This document shows, piece by piece, positions 24,492 through 35,501 of a stretch of 64,000 nt of DNA. The DNA comes from Patellaria atrata CBS 101060 (lineage: Eukaryota). Location: positions 291,570 through 355,569 of the forward strand of contig MU006089.1 of assembly GCA_010093705.1 (NCBI GenBank), read 5' to 3'. Each line of letters begins with the position of its first letter. Within the stretch, counting starts at the first letter, position 1. The notes beneath the pieces were generated by a model. That model had not been told where the DNA came from. It did not search any database and worked only from the letters and a program-made list of their open reading frames with translations. The position numbers and the translations under genes were made by a program.

Positions 24492-24782
24492 ATCAAATAG
24501 TTACATTTACGGTAGATCATTTGATGATAGAAATCGGGGATTTGAATGACAAGCAAGGGGAGCCAGCTGCGGGTTGAAGTTCAAAAGCCGCCTTACTTGA
24601 AAAGAGTTAGTCCACTTGCATCACCATGCATGACTTTAGCTCTAACTTAGACAAGCTTTGCGTCCCGAGCCCGATCAATATCAACGCTGATCACCGTATC
24701 CTACGTCCATTTATCTATTTGAAGAATACTACGCCAAACAACACTTGCACATGCGGGAAACATATCAACAAGCACGTAGATA

Positions 24783-27608
24783 ATGGAGTTCGACGTTCAG
24801 CCGCTGGGTGGCCTACCCGGTGACCCACGTACCGAATCGAACCCTCGAGATACAGCAATTCAGCTTGGGATTTCCCTTGCGTTCGGTCTGGGAGCTTTTC
24901 TCACGTTCTGTGTAAGTACAGTCACTCTTCTATTCGCCTTATTTGCTCCTCTCTCCCTAAGTTTTTTCTAATTGACGACTCAGTTTCTGCGACCAAGATG
25001 GGCCGGACTATACGCAGCCCGTAAGAAGCATAAGGGTGAGGCGACTGAGCTTCCGGACTTACCAGACACTCTGTTTGGATGGATACCCGTTCTATGGAAA
25101 ATAACAGACCAGCAAGTGCTAGCTTCCGCAGGTCTTGACGCTTATGTGGTATGTGGTAGTTTGCGCTCCCTTTATGGTAACTATGAGTGCTAATGATGTG
25201 GTATACAGTTTCTTGCCTTTTTCAAGTTCGCCATCAAGTTCCTAGTCATCACCTCCTTCTTCGCTCTTGTCGTTATAAAACCAGTTCACGATCAGTATCC
25301 GGATGAAGATCCTAAACATAAACCGAACAGGACGGAAATAGCCAATAGCCCTTACCCTCTACGACCTAGATACGCCTTTGCGGAAAACCTACATGCAATG
25401 GGTCTTCCGGAGTATGAAAGCGATTATCTTTGGATGTACCTTGTTTTTGCGTACGTGTTTACGGGACTCATAATGTATCTCATAATCTCCGAAACAAGGA
25501 AAATAATCGAAATTCGTCAAGAGTACCTAGGGACGCAAACCACCCTAACAGACCGAACAATTCGTTTGTCGGGTATCCCGCCTGAACTTAGATCTGAGGA
25601 TAAAATAAAACAGTTTGTCGAAGAACTCGAAATAGGAAGGGTGGAGAGTGTGGCCTTGTGCCGGAATTGGAAGGAATTAGATGATCTTGTGTATCTAAGA
25701 ATGAGTACTTTGAGAAGATTAGAGGAGGCATGGACGGTGCATCTCGGTCATCGTCGTATTGAGCGTAGCCTTGAGACCCTCCCTATATCTCAGCCTTCTC
25801 CACCAGGCCCATATGTAGATGTTCAAGGAGATGGAGAAAGTACTCATCTTATGTCGGAGTATCGCAATGGATCCGCTGGTGGAACCCCTTACACGCGAGA
25901 ACGACCGAAAACCCGTGTTTGGTACGGGCGTTTCAAACTCCGATACCACGTTGTAGACGCGATTGACTACTTTGAAGAGAAACTGCGTCAATATGATGAG
26001 CAAATTACGGCTTTGAGAAAAAAGACATTCGAACCTACACCATTGGCTTTCGTTACTATGGATAGTGTAGCTAGTTGTGTAAGCGTTCACGACCCTATGA
26101 TTTGTTTTCCTTTTACATTTGTTAATCATTTCCAAGCAAATGGCAATTCAAGCTGTCCTTGACCCGTCTCCGTTGCAGCTATTAGCCAATACAAGTCCTT
26201 CGCCTTCCGACGTTGTCTGGCAGAACACCTACATTCCAAGATCTAAGAGAATGCTTCGAGCTTGGTCTATTACCCTACTTATCACGGTCCTTACTGTTGT
26301 ATGGACAGCGCTACTGATTCCCATTGCTGGTACATTAACGGACAAATCAATTAAAAAGGTTTGGCCAGAGCTTGGTAATTTGCTTGAAGGACACCCTGTT
26401 GCAAAGTCATTAGTTCAAACTCAACTTCCGACACTCCTGGTATCCCTACTCAATGTTCTTGTGCCATACTTATACGACTGTAAGAGACTGTCCAACACTT
26501 TCAATAAGGCTTCCCTAACTTCATCATAGGGCTTTCGAACCTTCAAGGGATGATTTCTCAGGGAGATGTCGAACTCTCCGTTATTTCCAAAAACTTCTTC
26601 TTCATATTCTTCAACTTCTTTATTGTTTTTACCGCCCTTGGAACAGCGACTACTTTCTACGATTTCTTCTCAAAGTTTGGAGACTCTATCAAGGATGCTT
26701 TTTCTATCGCACATACGCTGGCGCAATCCTTGCAACAGCTAACAATATTCTATGTGAATTTCATCATCCTCCAGAGCTTTGGATTATTTCCATTCAGGCT
26801 CTTGGAATTCGGTAGTGTCGTCCAGTATCCAATAGCTTTGATTGGTGCGAAGACACCTAGAGGTAAGGTTTCTTCATTCAATAGCACATACTTAGTACTA
26901 AGCTTCCTGATAGACTACGCTGAACTTGTACAGCCTCCTATATTCAGCTATGGGTTTTATTTACCCCAGACTATGTTAATCTTCATCATTTGTACAGTAT
27001 ACAGTGTTATGCGATCTTCGTACAAAGTTCTTCTTTCCGGTTTGGCCTACTTTATTCTTGGCCATTGGGTGCACAAATATCAACTTCTTTACGCTATGGA
27101 CCATCGTCAGCATTCAACTGGGCGGGGTTGGATGATGATTTGCGATCGCATCATTGTTGGAACTGTCCTGTTCCAGCTCACCACAGCGGGCCAACTTGCG
27201 CTTAAACTTGCCATAAAACGTTCAATACTCATTGTTCCTTTGATTGGCGCAACACTGTGGTTCAGCTATGTTTATAGCCGGACGTATAGGCCTCTAATGA
27301 AGTTTATTGCGCTGAAAAGTATACGACGTGCAGAGCATGGAGACGTTACGCTGGTCACATCCCACGAAGAACAAGATGCAAATGACGATTCTCTGCGCAG
27401 ATACGAAAGCAACACGCATAGTCGTCAAACCCTGGATGAGACTCGCGAAAGTGGTCTTCGATTTGTGAATCCGAGCTTGATTTGCCCGTAAGTAGTGACT
27501 TAACTAAACGCTGAATGTCTGCTAATCTTTAAAAGACTGGAAAACGTCTGGATAGTAGATCATAATGTTCGGGGTGAGCGCATAGACCCTTCTTCTAGAG
27601 CTCACTGA
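24783..27608 (+). CDS. CSC1/OSCA/TMEM63 (DUF221, RSN1-like) calcium-permeable stress-gated channel, multi-exon
   Basis: FLRPRWAGLYAAR, AGLDAYVFL, TDRTIRLSGIP, AFVTMDSVASCQMA, PSDVVWQN, FYVNFIILQ and YQLLYAMDH; last exon ends TGA at 27608. Confidence 0.92.
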
Positions 27609-28121
27609 TTTGGAAACGTAACTTCCTTAATACATAATTTTACTATTATCCTGATTGGGATACCCTTTCCTTTTTGCATAGCGTCCGGTGATGTGCATCC
27701 AATTTCTCCATATGTATTGTTCTTTCCACATGTAAATATAACTCACCAATGTATATCTTCCTTCGACTCTCAAACCCACTGATTCCTGTACTTTTATCTT
27801 CAAGTCCCTACATATTGCTACTTTATTGCAGGTTTTACGTCCGTTGCAGCGCGACGGATACTTAACTCATCATCCTTTACTTCCACGTTTGACCTCATTC
27901 TTTCAAACCCCCGAAAGCCAATTCAAAGAGTTGGAGGAGAACCTCCCAGAGGAGGCTGAAAAGACACGTCGTCGCAGATCTTCCTCTCAGGGGGCGTAGC
28001 TGGACTTTATTCAACCCCGGCTTCTCCGACTCTGACAGTAACGATACCGCCCGTTCCGTCATTTTGTTCACGATCTGCTGTATCACAGTGTCAAAACTCG
28101 TCAGCAGAGCACTTACCTTCA

Positions 28122-31100
28122 ATGTCCATTGCACCCAAAGAAGACACAGCAACATGGATCGACGAGGATCAGAGGATCGAAAATAGATTTAGCCGATATG
28201 TGATTACTTCCAACATTGGAGGGAAAGCGGAGTCCGGGGTCACACACTACACTCGATCACCGGCTGTCCAAGCACTATCCAAGCTCGACTCACGTTCACG
28301 GCGCCGTTTCGCTGTACGATACCGTCGTGGTAAGTCAAAAGCTTATATATTACATCGCAGACGTCTGGTGAAACAATTCAATGTGCCCCGGTACCGTACA
28401 AAAACACGAAGGCCTTTCCGGACTGCCGTCGACTACTTGCTTAGATTACGTCGAAAGAGTACATCTCGATGGACTTTTCGTAGCGGAGCACGCAGATCAA
28501 ACAAGTTATGCCCAGTTACGACCCAGAACCCTCCCTTTAATGATTCCATCGATGTCGGTTCTTCCAACTATGGGGGAATGAGCGTTTACGGAAAGGTTCA
28601 ACTTTCATCCAAAAGTTTTGAGCTTGTTTCCCCTGGCACATTCATCTTTTCCAGTCCTGATCTTAGAACCTCGGACCACTCAGGGACAATTAGTCCCTCA
28701 GGATCTCAATTTTCCATGGAACCTTTCGTCATGCTCCAAAACAACGGAAGCTTGTATAGCTTCAGAACTGGCTCATTGGCTCTATACCGACGCCCGACGA
28801 GGACATCCTCGTATGAAAGTGGAGGCATTTCCGGCGTTTATGATGATGCGATTCTGGAGCCTCGTTCGAACAACAACCTAGAACTGACAATGTCGGAAGT
28901 TCTACTGAGTGTGAGTAACTCGTCAGAGACCACCCGTCAAAACCGACAAGGAATTGAATCCGTACTACCACATGGTTCTAGTCTTCTGAATTCGTTACCT
29001 TCAGCTGTTTTTGGCGGTATATTAAAGTACCTCGATATTGCCGCCTATAGAGCCCTTCGTCTGACTTCCCGAGACCTCCTTTCCATAATCCCGTTAGATA
29101 CACTGCCAAAAAGACCAAGAAAGCGCACTTATCCTGTAGAGATTCTACAGAACATATACAACTTTCTTACGCCGGTTGATTTCAATGCTTGCAGAAGGAC
29201 ATGCCGTTTATGGATGCTTGCCAGTCTCAATCGAAATCTTCTTGTTACAATGTTAAAGCGTGGAGGCTGGTGGAGTACTCTGCAGTCCGAATTGCTAGAA
29301 AGGGAAGCTAGAGTGAAAGAGAAGTCTAGCTTTCAAGAGAGTGATGAATGGATTATGAGCAAACGCATATCTCGAGAGTGTGCGCTATCCCATGGATGGT
29401 CTGGAAATGGTCTTCGTAGGATAGCTGGATCAAAAGACGAAGTACCTTTTACGGCACGCACACGAGTGGATTTCACGAATATTGCCTACAGATCAAATGG
29501 GCAGGAATGCAGACACAACAAATCGCTGCTATTCTTCGTTAGTATTTGCGATCGTTTCCTGCTGGTGGTAGAAGGAAGCATGATATATGTTTATCGGCTT
29601 GAAGGAGTTAATATACGATCGCTTACAAGGGTGCTCTGTCCTAGAAGAGTACTAGCTGTCAGTATGGATGCATCATCGAATAAATACAGCATTGCTGCAC
29701 TTCTTGAGGGTAGAATGGGCATGGTTTGCGATCTCCAATTTCCGCCGTCCGCGAACAAGGTATTACTGCCTTCCTCGCCTGCCCATGCAGGTAGAAATCA
29801 CGCTGAAGATCAAAAATTGTCAAGAGGAAGATGTCAGGCCCGGTGGAGATCATTCGAGTTCGAAGCACCACAAAACACCTTCCCAGTATTCAATACCATC
29901 AATGTGCACAACAACCACCAGACTGTAACACTCCACAATACCAGCTCAGAAATCCATCAAGGGCGAAACATCATTAATCAAGACTGGACGGTCAGGTTGC
30001 GGGGCACACACTGCCAGCCTGGTAACTCTCGTACAAGGAAACCAACAGTCACCGACATCACACGGTCTATCCCGCTTAATGTCGGCCCTCGTAGACTCTA
30101 TAGACACCTCTGTTCGGAAGACGATCCCCCGCGGAGCGTGGCTATCTGTCCCCAAAGACGGTGTGTTGCCTTCGGCTGCTCATCTGGGATAGAACTCTTG
30201 TGGGTAGACGCTCTTACCGGTCATGATCTCAACAGGTGGTTCCCCCTTACAGCGCCCAGTGACTTTCTTTACTTCCTTCCGCCTCGTAGTGGGCTTGACT
30301 CGTCTAAGAAACTCCGTCTGATATCTAGTGCATCGCATCCGAGTGAGAGGAAAGCACTCTGTCGACGGTTCTATGCAGATCGGCCTGCTCCATGTCTCTA
30401 CTGGGGCCTTTATGGACTTGAGAGCACGCCGTCTTTTAGAGCGGGGGCGACAGTTGGTTTTGATCACTATCGGGCACTACCTCTGAGTGACGGATATCAT
30501 GTTCTTTTCACGGATCCCGCGTCTTCCATGTTGTGCTTGGGAACCGATGCCCCTCTTGGAGGGCCGACTAAACTACTACGAAAGATCATGTTTATTCCAC
30601 CCGATGATGCGAAGATCCCGAGACTCTACTCTGTTTGCATGGATCTGAGATGGGGCGTCAGAATTGCGGCTGTCTACGAGAAACGAATAGTGCTGTTTAC
30701 TGTACCTCCAGATGTCTTTGCGCTGTCGACTTATGAGCATAGGTTAGAACGGGACCCGTTCCCCGACAGACTCGACTCCACACTGAGTATGCACTGGCTA
30801 GACTGGCTTGAGACTGCGGAATCTCGAGCACATAGTAGGGTACTCACCCCTTTCAACATCTGGCCGATCCATATCCAGGGCATCGAGATCGGTACTCTCG
30901 ACAATCTCGTCGATGTCTCAATTACCATGTCTCCCGAAATTGCGATCTGGGCGTTTAGCTCTGACGGTTGTGGTACATGCTGGCAATTTGGAAATAGCGA
31001 GGACTCGTCGTCCGCGATAGAGAAGATCGTCACCATAGATGGGCAGATCGTGGATGCTTACGAACTCGATGCTGACGACGATGTAATCATGTCCGACGCA

Positions 31101-31289
31101 TACGACGAACCTGAGCGCTCTGTGAGCTTTGATGGTACAGACTCTCAAGTGACGAGGGTGCCGGGAGTCTTTCATGTGGACCATGATGCGGATATTGAGA
31201 TGCACGATATACCTGAGGATGCTTGGTACGATGAAGTTGGAGATTTGTATACGATGGAGACGTTTAATGAGAAGAAATCGGGGTGGTGA
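28122..31289 (+). CDS. F-box domain protein with beta-propeller-like C-terminal region; true start uncertain and may be downstream
   Basis: F-box-like YPVEILQNIYNFLTPVDFNACRRTCRLW and beta-rich repeats (PRRVLAVSMDASS, PPRSVAICPQRRCVAFGC) in a 1055-codon ORF. Confidence 0.85.
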   Translation: MSIAPKEDTATWIDEDQRIENRFSRYVITSNIGGKAESGVTHYTRSPAVQALSKLDSRSRRRFAVRYRRGKSKAYILHRRRLVKQFNVPRYRTKTRRPFRTAVDYLLRLRRKSTSRWTFRSGARRSNKLCPVTTQNPPFNDSIDVGSSNYGGMSVYGKVQLSSKSFELVSPGTFIFSSPDLRTSDHSGTISPSGSQFSMEPFVMLQNNGSLYSFRTGSLALYRRPTRTSSYESGGISGVYDDAILEPRSNNNLELTMSEVLLSVSNSSETTRQNRQGIESVLPHGSSLLNSLPSAVFGGILKYLDIAAYRALRLTSRDLLSIIPLDTLPKRPRKRTYPVEILQNIYNFLTPVDFNACRRTCRLWMLASLNRNLLVTMLKRGGWWSTLQSELLEREARVKEKSSFQESDEWIMSKRISRECALSHGWSGNGLRRIAGSKDEVPFTARTRVDFTNIAYRSNGQECRHNKSLLFFVSICDRFLLVVEGSMIYVYRLEGVNIRSLTRVLCPRRVLAVSMDASSNKYSIAALLEGRMGMVCDLQFPPSANKVLLPSSPAHAGRNHAEDQKLSRGRCQARWRSFEFEAPQNTFPVFNTINVHNNHQTVTLHNTSSEIHQGRNIINQDWTVRLRGTHCQPGNSRTRKPTVTDITRSIPLNVGPRRLYRHLCSEDDPPRSVAICPQRRCVAFGCSSGIELLWVDALTGHDLNRWFPLTAPSDFLYFLPPRSGLDSSKKLRLISSASHPSERKALCRRFYADRPAPCLYWGLYGLESTPSFRAGATVGFDHYRALPLSDGYHVLFTDPASSMLCLGTDAPLGGPTKLLRKIMFIPPDDAKIPRLYSVCMDLRWGVRIAAVYEKRIVLFTVPPDVFALSTYEHRLERDPFPDRLDSTLSMHWLDWLETAESRAHSRVLTPFNIWPIHIQGIEIGTLDNLVDVSITMSPEIAIWAFSSDGCGTCWQFGNSEDSSSAIEKIVTIDGQIVDAYELDADDDVIMSDAYDEPERSVSFDGTDSQVTRVPGVFHVDHDADIEMHDIPEDAWYDEVGDLYTMETFNEKKSGW

Positions 31290-32244
31290 GTGTGGTGAGT
31301 AGAAGTCCGCTATGTGGTGAGCACCCGCTGTAGGCTGTAACTTTCTCCTATACCCTACTTCTTCCTATCTACAGTACCTACCCTATAATACGAATCATGC
31401 TTTTCCACGCAAGGTCTTTGCTTGTGAGATTCAAAGTACCACTGCTCTGATAGCCTATCACCCTTCGGTTAATTCTCTTTCGCGGCATATGTTGAACTTA
31501 CTCCTCAGCTCCTGCTAAGCATAATTGTTTTCAATTGAAGAATTATAGCACAGTGATCTTGATATACCTTGTCTATTTCCCAGAATCTAAGACCCACCTC
31601 TTCTCATATAGCATTCTTTAATAATGTTTTAGTTTAAATGAATCTGTACCACCTCAAGAGCGCGTCACAGTGTAAACATAAACCCAAAAGACGATGGTAT
31701 GAGCATAACCGCCTGAGCCACCGTAAAACATACGGCCACGACATTCATGCGCAAGAAATCAAAAACGAAACCTACATTATGCCGTCATGGTTCTCCCTGC
31801 CTCGAAAAGGGAACGTTAAAAACAATCCCGGCCCATCACCGATCCCGAAGATGCAACATGCAAAACACCAACGGTCTTAAAGTTCCAAAATTAACAACAG
31901 ACGTCAACCTAAGTTGCTAATTATCGTCGGACCTTTCCCTTAGTCCCTTGAACTGGGGAGTTTATCGAGGCAAATATCCCGTTTGGGATTTATATGCTGG
32001 ATGTACTGTAAGTACCTGGGTACAGTACCTTAGTTACACTGCTTTGTTGCCTCCAACTGACAAGCATACCATCACCTTACTTCTAAGAAGCAAGACAGAG
32101 GTTAAAAACAGCACTTTTATGGAAGCATGTACGCCCATTACCAATCCTTTCTTTCCCAGAATACTCATCCGCCCATGATCACGGCTCTCGAGTATATCCC
32201 GATTCCCACATATCTCCCAACTTTCTCTCTCCCGGTCGTATCAG

Positions 32245-32270
32245 CCCCACGCCCCACGCCCCACGCCCCC
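32245..32270 (-). repeat. (GGGGCGT)n repeat, potential four-tier G-quadruplex
   Basis: Minus strand reads GGGGG CGT GGGG CGT GGGG CGT GGGG. Confidence 0.7.
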
Positions 32271-32334
32271 CAACATCAACCCTCAACCCCCGAATTCGTT
32301 TCTAAATCTACAGTATGCGCGAAGAGCATCATGA

Positions 32335-32549
32335 AGCTACGAGGAAGTCCCGTTAGATAGGTCTCGGCACAGCCCAATCGACCTACCGAGTGTTTCCAGT
32401 TCGCTCCCTTCCGTAGCCGCCCGATCGGGCGCTTAGGGATTGGGCCTGATGGGGTGACCAGAGACCCACGAACTCCTGGGTTCGGCGGTTACACGAGCTG
32501 AGAAAGAGCAGAGAAGAAAATTGTCGGTCAGTTAGAGGACTTTTCAGCT
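32335..32549 (-). ncRNA. Candidate structured RNA element of unknown family
   Basis: Nested complementary segments and three apical hairpins (see findings). G-U pairs and GNRA loops favour the minus strand. Confidence 0.55.
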
Positions 32550-32996
32550 GTCTCAATCGGTTCGAGTGGTCAGCTTAGAGTTAGATCAGGCTTTTCGATT
32601 GATGATGCTATCTAGAGTAGCTACTGATGGCTTTTGGTCAAAACGACCTGCTGGGACTGGTCCAGAGGAAGTGGTGAGAAAGGTAAAATATGAACAGTAG
32701 AATGAAAAATGCGTGATGATGTCGATAATCGCTTCCCTGTGCACCCTCTTCGTTTCCTGTGTGCATGCTTGCGTGTTCCGTCGCTCCTTCCTTCTTTTAA
32801 TGAATACCGCGCTATGATCGATAACCAAGATCCAACGTAAAAGTGAGATGTGAACCAAGGAAATACATAAAAACAATGCTAGTAAGGGTATATTAGGCCG
32901 CCTGCTGAAAAAGACATTAAAGCATGAAACATCAAAAGCAAAAGCATAACGCAGCACATGAATAATGATGCCACCGTCGTCATGATAGGGAAGGTA

Positions 32997-35501
32997 CTAG
33001 ACGTCTTGCCCATTAATAACGACATCAAAGCCTTCACCCTTGGCCCTCAACGCCTTCGCAAGCATGAGCTCTCTCATCCAATCGATGCGCTCATCCCTCG
33101 TCTTCACGGCGAAGTGGTGCGTCTTGCCAGTAGCAGCCGACTTCCTCAGCATCTTATGCTCGCCCTCATGCGACGGGTGAACAGCCGGGACGAGCTGGAA
33201 CGCAAACGCGGCGTCCTGCGCGCCCTCCTGCTTCTTGCTACCGGAGCTGATCCCCAGGGCCTTGAACTTGGCGCTCAGCTTGTTGCTTGCAAGAGTGGAG
33301 CACGCGACGGCATAGTCGTCCACGTCGATGGTGTTCAAAGCCTGGCTGGAGGGAAGCTCGTTCTGGTGCATGGCTAGTTGGGTGCCTGTGAGCCGGAAAT
33401 GCTGGTCGTGCCACTCGTGTCGTAGCAGCTTCGTCTTACGCTTCTTCATCCATCCGGTATGGGCTGCACCGGGGTACTGGAACCCACGCGGAGCGCTGCC
33501 GCCGGCTTTCTTGAGCTGTGCGACACTATCCGCCGAAGTCGATGGCCGCGACTCACCATCAATGGTAGAGGACGAGCTATGAGAGTCGGAAGGGGAGAAG
33601 ACCTCGTTTTCGTTGAGCTGCGGGAGGGCGAAGGAGGGACGGCGCCAGTCATTTGTGCGTGAGGCACTGCGCGCGATCGGGTCGCGGTATTGCATGTTTG
33701 GCGGGACAGATTGGCTGGCGTCGCGGGCGATTGGACCGGGGAGGATGGCAGTGACGGGAACGTCCATTTCGGAGCAGGGAGTGCCGAAGCGGTACACCTG
33801 GCTTGGGGATGCAGTGGCGCTTCGGCAGGGTGTCACACCAGTATCGAGACCACGCGCTGACTGGATTCCGTAGGGGTTTGCGGAGGCGGATCGGGGGATG
33901 TTGAGCTTCGGTAGACTCTTAAGGTTCGAGTGAGGAGCTTGGGTCGTTGGAGGTTGTAATGGAGGAAATAGCTCCATGGGTGGGGTTGGGGGAGAATCGA
34001 TGGGCTCTTGAATCGGCAGAGGCATGCTAGGAGGATCCATATGCTGTAGGCTAAGGAACTGCTTGACGTTCTCCTGGGGATCACGCTGTTCGAGGTTGCG
34101 GAGCATATCTTCCTGCAAGATGAATTCAGGAAGTTGGCCGGGACCTAGGACATCCGAGGAGGCGACTACTGAAGGGATGGCTGTGGAAACGGGTCGGTAG
34201 ACATTCTCAACGCACTTCTCGGCCGTTGCGGCGTTTCCTGGATTTCCAGCGACGAAGATATGACCGCCCTTTTCAGGGGAGATCGGGAAACCATTCTCCA
34301 TTCCGTGCTCCTCATGCAGCTTCTGAAGCTGTCGTTTTTGCTTCCGCCACTTAGCGCAACGTTCACCTTTCGCGCATTTGTGTGGTTTCGGGAGGAGCTG
34401 CTCGATGGCTACGATGGAGACCGACTCAGCAGGCGTGATGGGATCATTGCGGGCGTTTCGCGGCTTTCGGCCACGTCCACGTCGATTTCCTCCTCCTGGG
34501 GTCATGGCGTCAAACCCGTCATCGTCACACTCATCCCCACCGTAGCGTGCTCTTGATGCGGATCGGTCGCGGTCGCGGGCACGGCTGTTAGCTCGACTAT
34601 TTGATCGAGTGTTCCGTGTGCAGGGCCGACTGATGTCCTGGAAGGGGGTGTATATCGGGCTCGTCCTACCCTCATTCCCTCTCAAGGCGTCGATTTCATT
34701 CCACAGTTGATGTCTCTTCCCAAATGACTGAATGTCTAGCTCCTTCAAATCCTCAAACTGCAAATCTAAAAGAACCTCCCCATTAATCTCATGCAACTCG
34801 AACTTGTATACGATTGACTCCTCGAAACCAGCCTGTGCCATCCAAGCTGCTACTTGCTGCGCACTCCAGTTCCTAACCTCCAAGCTATCAAGTTGGGCGA
34901 CAGCAGCTGATAGAGCGGTAAGCGGTCGACGACCGGTAACTGTATCAATCGATTGAAATCCAGTGTCTGTTCTTAACGGTGTATCTTTGGGAAGTAATGG
35001 GGACATTTGCAACGCGTAATCGAAATTGAAGTCGGATGATGCCTGGGAAGCTCTAAACAGATGCGGTCCTCTCGGTCCTTCCACCGCTTTCATCTCCGGC
35101 ATATACGAATCCCACTCATTCTTCCTATTCGAGTGAGGTGTGGAAACCTCGTCATATGTCGATATTGTCGTTTGACTTTTCCGACTCTCTCGCTGGATAA
35201 ATGAGCTCTTCATTCTTCCAACAAGCATATCTGGATCACTCACTGAGCTTAGAGTAAAGACGGGGGTATCCTCTTCGAATTCACTGTGATCTGACGACGA
35301 ATCTTCGAAGTCGGTATCGAAAATTTCAGTCGCTTCTGATAATGGCCTTGAGGTACTCGTTCGTGCAGCAAGAAAGGGTTGAAGCTTTCTCTGGAACATC
35401 TCCACGCCGGGCTCCAGCGGCGTAATTGGAGTCATGGCCTGCTGTAAATGCATGTTAGAGGCCAATTGATGGTATAGGAAGGGGTACCGCAAGCATACCA
35501 T
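32997..35501 (-). CDS. SAM- and PH-domain polarity protein (Boi1/Boi2-like, no SH3 seen); 3 exons
   Basis: SAM domain (WSAQQVAAWM...HEINGEVLLDL...ELDIQSFGKRHQL) and PH domain (HTGWMKKRKT...FAVKTRDERIDWMRELM). Introns at 35498-35442 and 35243-35193. Confidence 0.88.
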   Translation of the reverse strand: MVCLRYPFLYHQLASNMHLQQAMTPITPLEPGVEMFQRKLQPFLAARTSTSRPLSEATEIFDTDFEDSSSDHSEFEEDTPVFTLSSVSDPDMLVGRMKSSFIQRESRKSQTTISTYDEVSTPHSNRKNEWDSYMPEMKAVEGPRGPHLFRASQASSDFNFDYALQMSPLLPKDTPLRTDTGFQSIDTVTGRRPLTALSAAVAQLDSLEVRNWSAQQVAAWMAQAGFEESIVYKFELHEINGEVLLDLQFEDLKELDIQSFGKRHQLWNEIDALRGNEGRTSPIYTPFQDISRPCTRNTRSNSRANSRARDRDRSASRARYGGDECDDDGFDAMTPGGGNRRGRGRKPRNARNDPITPAESVSIVAIEQLLPKPHKCAKGERCAKWRKQKRQLQKLHEEHGMENGFPISPEKGGHIFVAGNPGNAATAEKCVENVYRPVSTAIPSVVASSDVLGPGQLPEFILQEDMLRNLEQRDPQENVKQFLSLQHMDPPSMPLPIQEPIDSPPTPPMELFPPLQPPTTQAPHSNLKSLPKLNIPRSASANPYGIQSARGLDTGVTPCRSATASPSQVYRFGTPCSEMDVPVTAILPGPIARDASQSVPPNMQYRDPIARSASRTNDWRRPSFALPQLNENEVFSPSDSHSSSSTIDGESRPSTSADSVAQLKKAGGSAPRGFQYPGAAHTGWMKKRKTKLLRHEWHDQHFRLTGTQLAMHQNELPSSQALNTIDVDDYAVACSTLASNKLSAKFKALGISSGSKKQEGAQDAAFAFQLVPAVHPSHEGEHKMLRKSAATGKTHHFAVKTRDERIDWMRELMLAKALRAKGEGFDVVINGQDV

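Noticed and set aside
32400..32422. SRP helix-8-like CGG-CUAC-GGAA-GGG-AGCG
   Set aside because: No CAGG/AGCA symmetric loop, no Alu-domain UGUAA motif, and no Pol III T-run terminator at a suitable distance.
32444..32475. Hammerhead-like CUGAUG...CGAA on the plus strand
   Set aside because: The core reads CUGAUGG and GAAC rather than CUGAUGA and GAAA, and stems I and III are not formed.
32341..32545. RNase MRP/RNase P call from GAAAAGUCC ... GGGACUU resembling the P4 helix
   Set aside because: The pairing lacks the bulged U and the GCUUA-type CR-V, and I see no P1-P3 architecture. Left as an unassigned structure.
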